Source: Ancylonema sp. (taxonomy: Eukaryota). Taken from it: a DNA stretch of 36,746 bases. Under the pieces are notes generated by a model, which saw only the letters and a list, made by a program, of their open reading frames with translations, did no database searches and had not been told where the DNA came from. Made by a program: the position numbers and the translations under genes. How positions within the stretch are numbered: the first letter of the stretch is position 1; each line of letters starts with the position of its first letter. The DNA is taken from positions 62,001-98,746 of the forward strand of contig JBFLGF010000034.1 of NCBI GenBank assembly GCA_050230475.1, written 5' to 3'. Shown one piece after another: positions 34,544 through 36,746 of this stretch.

Positions 34544-36702
34544 ATGCAATATGGTATCAGAGCTGATGGTGATGCTTCCAGAAAAACTTATTTAAATGGG
34601 AAGAATTTTGGTGCTTGGAGCACAAAAGTGTTTGCCGCTCTCGATGAAGCCGATGCTCTGAGGATCACACAGAGAAAAGAGACGATTCCTGTCGAAGTTT
34701 TGCCAACTCTTGATGCGCTGGGAAATATAACTAACCAGGCAGCAATGGATGACAACGTGGCTGATCTGAAAGACTTTGCAAAGCGCTACAAGAGAGGCGT
34801 TTCAATTTTGACTCAGTCCATCGACGATTCTCTAGTACAATTGTTGAACTCTGCTCGTAGGAATCCTGCAGACATCTGGGAGAAGATAGAGAGAGACCAC
34901 AACAAAGTTTCTCCGGGCATGACACAACAGATGAAAAAGAAGAGCTTCGTGCATTTCATTGATCCTAAGGAAGATGTGGTTCTATTGCAGCACAGGCTCG
35001 AGCTATTGGTTGAAAAGTGTAGGCAGAAAAATTACTTTCCTACAGATGAGGACATTTCGATTACTCTGCTCGACGCACTCGATGATATCTATGAATCACT
35101 CAGGAATACGTACTCGGTGACGTCTCCACTTCCTTCGATGGCATGGATCTACACGCAGATCGACGACAAGACGCGGAGATTGAAGAGGTCGGATGGAGCT
35201 GCGCACGATGCAGCCCTCTTTGCGAAAGTCACGAAAGATAAGGAGGCAGCTGAGGCATACTACGGCGGAGGACGAGGTGCCGGTGGGGGGAAGAAGTCTG
35301 TTCCTCGTGGCGGAGCTCGCGGAGGATTTGGTGGTCGCGGTGGATCTGGTCGCGGTGCTGCTGGTGGACGTGGTGGCGACTCCCAGGAGTGCTACAGGTG
35401 TGGAGGTGCGGATCACTTCGGTCGCGATTGCCCGCACAAGGACAAAATCTGTAGTTATTGTGGCGGAGTGGGACACCTTGAACGCGTCTGCTTCGACAAA
35501 CGAGACAACAAGCCGCCAGAAAGGAAATTTGGCGAGCAGGTGGGCCACCCGCCGGGAGGCCAATTGGTGGACGGCTAGTCGGTCGACGGGCAGAAGTTGG
35601 ATTTTCGGAAGACATGACAGGGGAGGTGGTACTTGGCGAAGGTGATGCCGGATGCGACAAAAACATCTACCTCTGTGACTCCGGGGCCAATCATCACATG
35701 TGCAGTGACGCCAAGCAGGTCGTGTGGATGAAGCCCGTGCCGGCCGGATATCACGTCAAGCAAGTGCAGGGACAAGTGAAACTTGAGTACTTGGGCCTCG
35801 TGAAAGTGGTCTCCGAGGGAGCTGACGGAGAGGACTCTGTCGTCAAATTTGCACGATTGCTTGTAATGCCGGGAATGCATGTGAACATTTTCTCGCTGCA
35901 GAGGTTCGTGAAAAACAGGGAAGTTATTCGATGTCCGGCAAGACCGGGCAAAAAGTGCCGCTGTACAATTTTGCAGTGAAGCAATTTGCAGCGATGATCG
36001 AGAATTCCGCGGATCGACCGACGCTGATTAGTCGACCAGCCCTTGGCGAGGAATTGGCGAAGAAATGTTGGAAGTCCCTGAGTGTCTGCGGGCGGAGATC
36101 GATGTCGAGCTACTCCTGCGGGCACGCCTCACAGGGAGAGGATGCTGCGGGAAGGGCTCGTGCGCGGGTGCGACTACGAAATCATTGGGGACCTTGGGCC
36201 GTGCGCTGGCTGTCTGCTAGGAAAGAGACAGTCTCCTCCGCATCCTCGCGTCGATCCGGCGTTGCGCGCTCAGGAACCATTCGGGCGTGTCTACATGGAC
36301 CTGGCTGGTCCCTTCAAGCCGAAATCACTCGGGGGGGCGTCCTACAATCTGGTCCTCGTCGACGAGTACACGCGCTACAAGTGGGCGATCCCGCTCAAAG
36401 ACAAGGCGTCCACGGAGCTGCTTTTGAAAGAGTGGGTAGTCGTTTAAGAGAAGCAATCGAGTAGGAGGCTGAAGAAGTTGCACTCCGACAACGGCGGAGA
36501 GTTCACGAAGACGTCGCTCAAGAAGTGGCTGGCTACTAGGGGAGTCGAGCAGGAATTCACTCCGCCCAATTCGCCGCAAGCCAACGGAGTGGTCGAGCGA
36601 ATGAACCGGACGCTTTAAGATCGGGCGAGGGCGATGATGAACGGTGCAGGGCTACCGAGGAGTCTGTGGGTGGAGACGATCGCCACTGCCACCTACCTAC
36701 GT
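34544..36702 (+). mobile_element. Degenerate Ty1/copia retrotransposon internal region (gag-PR-IN); the 5' LTR lies upstream and its start is unresolved (~34255-34550)
   Basis: PBS TGGTATCAGAGC at 34552-34563; gag ORF 34544-35578 (LNGKNFGAWSTK, RGG-rich, CYRCGGADHFGRDC, CSYCGGVGHLERVC); protease LCDSGANHHMCS in a shifted frame; CAGCLLGK; integrase MDLAGP..LVDEY..HSDNGGEF..PQANGVVERMNRTL; premature TAA at 36445 and 36616. Confidence 0.93.
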
Positions 36703-36746
36703 TGTTAGAATATTTTGGATAGCCATATGTTATGCGTGCTAGTCCA
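36703..36746 (+). mobile_element. Probable start of a nested LTR interrupting the integrase
   Basis: Integrase coding (..TATYLR) stops abruptly and switches to AT-rich TGTTAGAATATT.., a typical LTR start; truncated by the window edge. Confidence 0.5.

Overview
Eukaryotic, intron-rich, repeat-rich window, most likely from a streptophyte (plant-lineage) alga; this is an inference from the plant-type MSH2 and CUE proteins, TTTAGGG-like repeats and tRNA-iMet-primed copia elements. It holds four host loci. (1) An 11-exon, ~954-aa secreted protein built as signal peptide + pro-region + papain-like C1A protease + 2 EGF-like modules + ~5 Cys-containing LysM modules + a Kazal-like Cys-rich tail (849-5014, +). 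(2) A 5-exon plant CUE-domain protein (15730-13704, -). (3) A 9-exon MSH2 (18842-25098, +) whose introns are full of simple and telomere-like repeats. (4) A disrupted gene encoding a beta-helix-like domain, a Gly/His repeat and an extensin-like Ser-Pro stalk (31306-27940, -). A Ty1/copia element is inserted exactly at the stop codon of gene 1, with TSD GCTAG. Two more decayed copia copies, a cluster of non-autonomous hAT-type TIR elements (7.9-12.7 kb) and an ~850-bp near-complete palindrome (32.49-33.34 kb) occupy much of the intergenic space. All exon boundaries were read by eye and checked for GT-AG and phase; no database searches were run.
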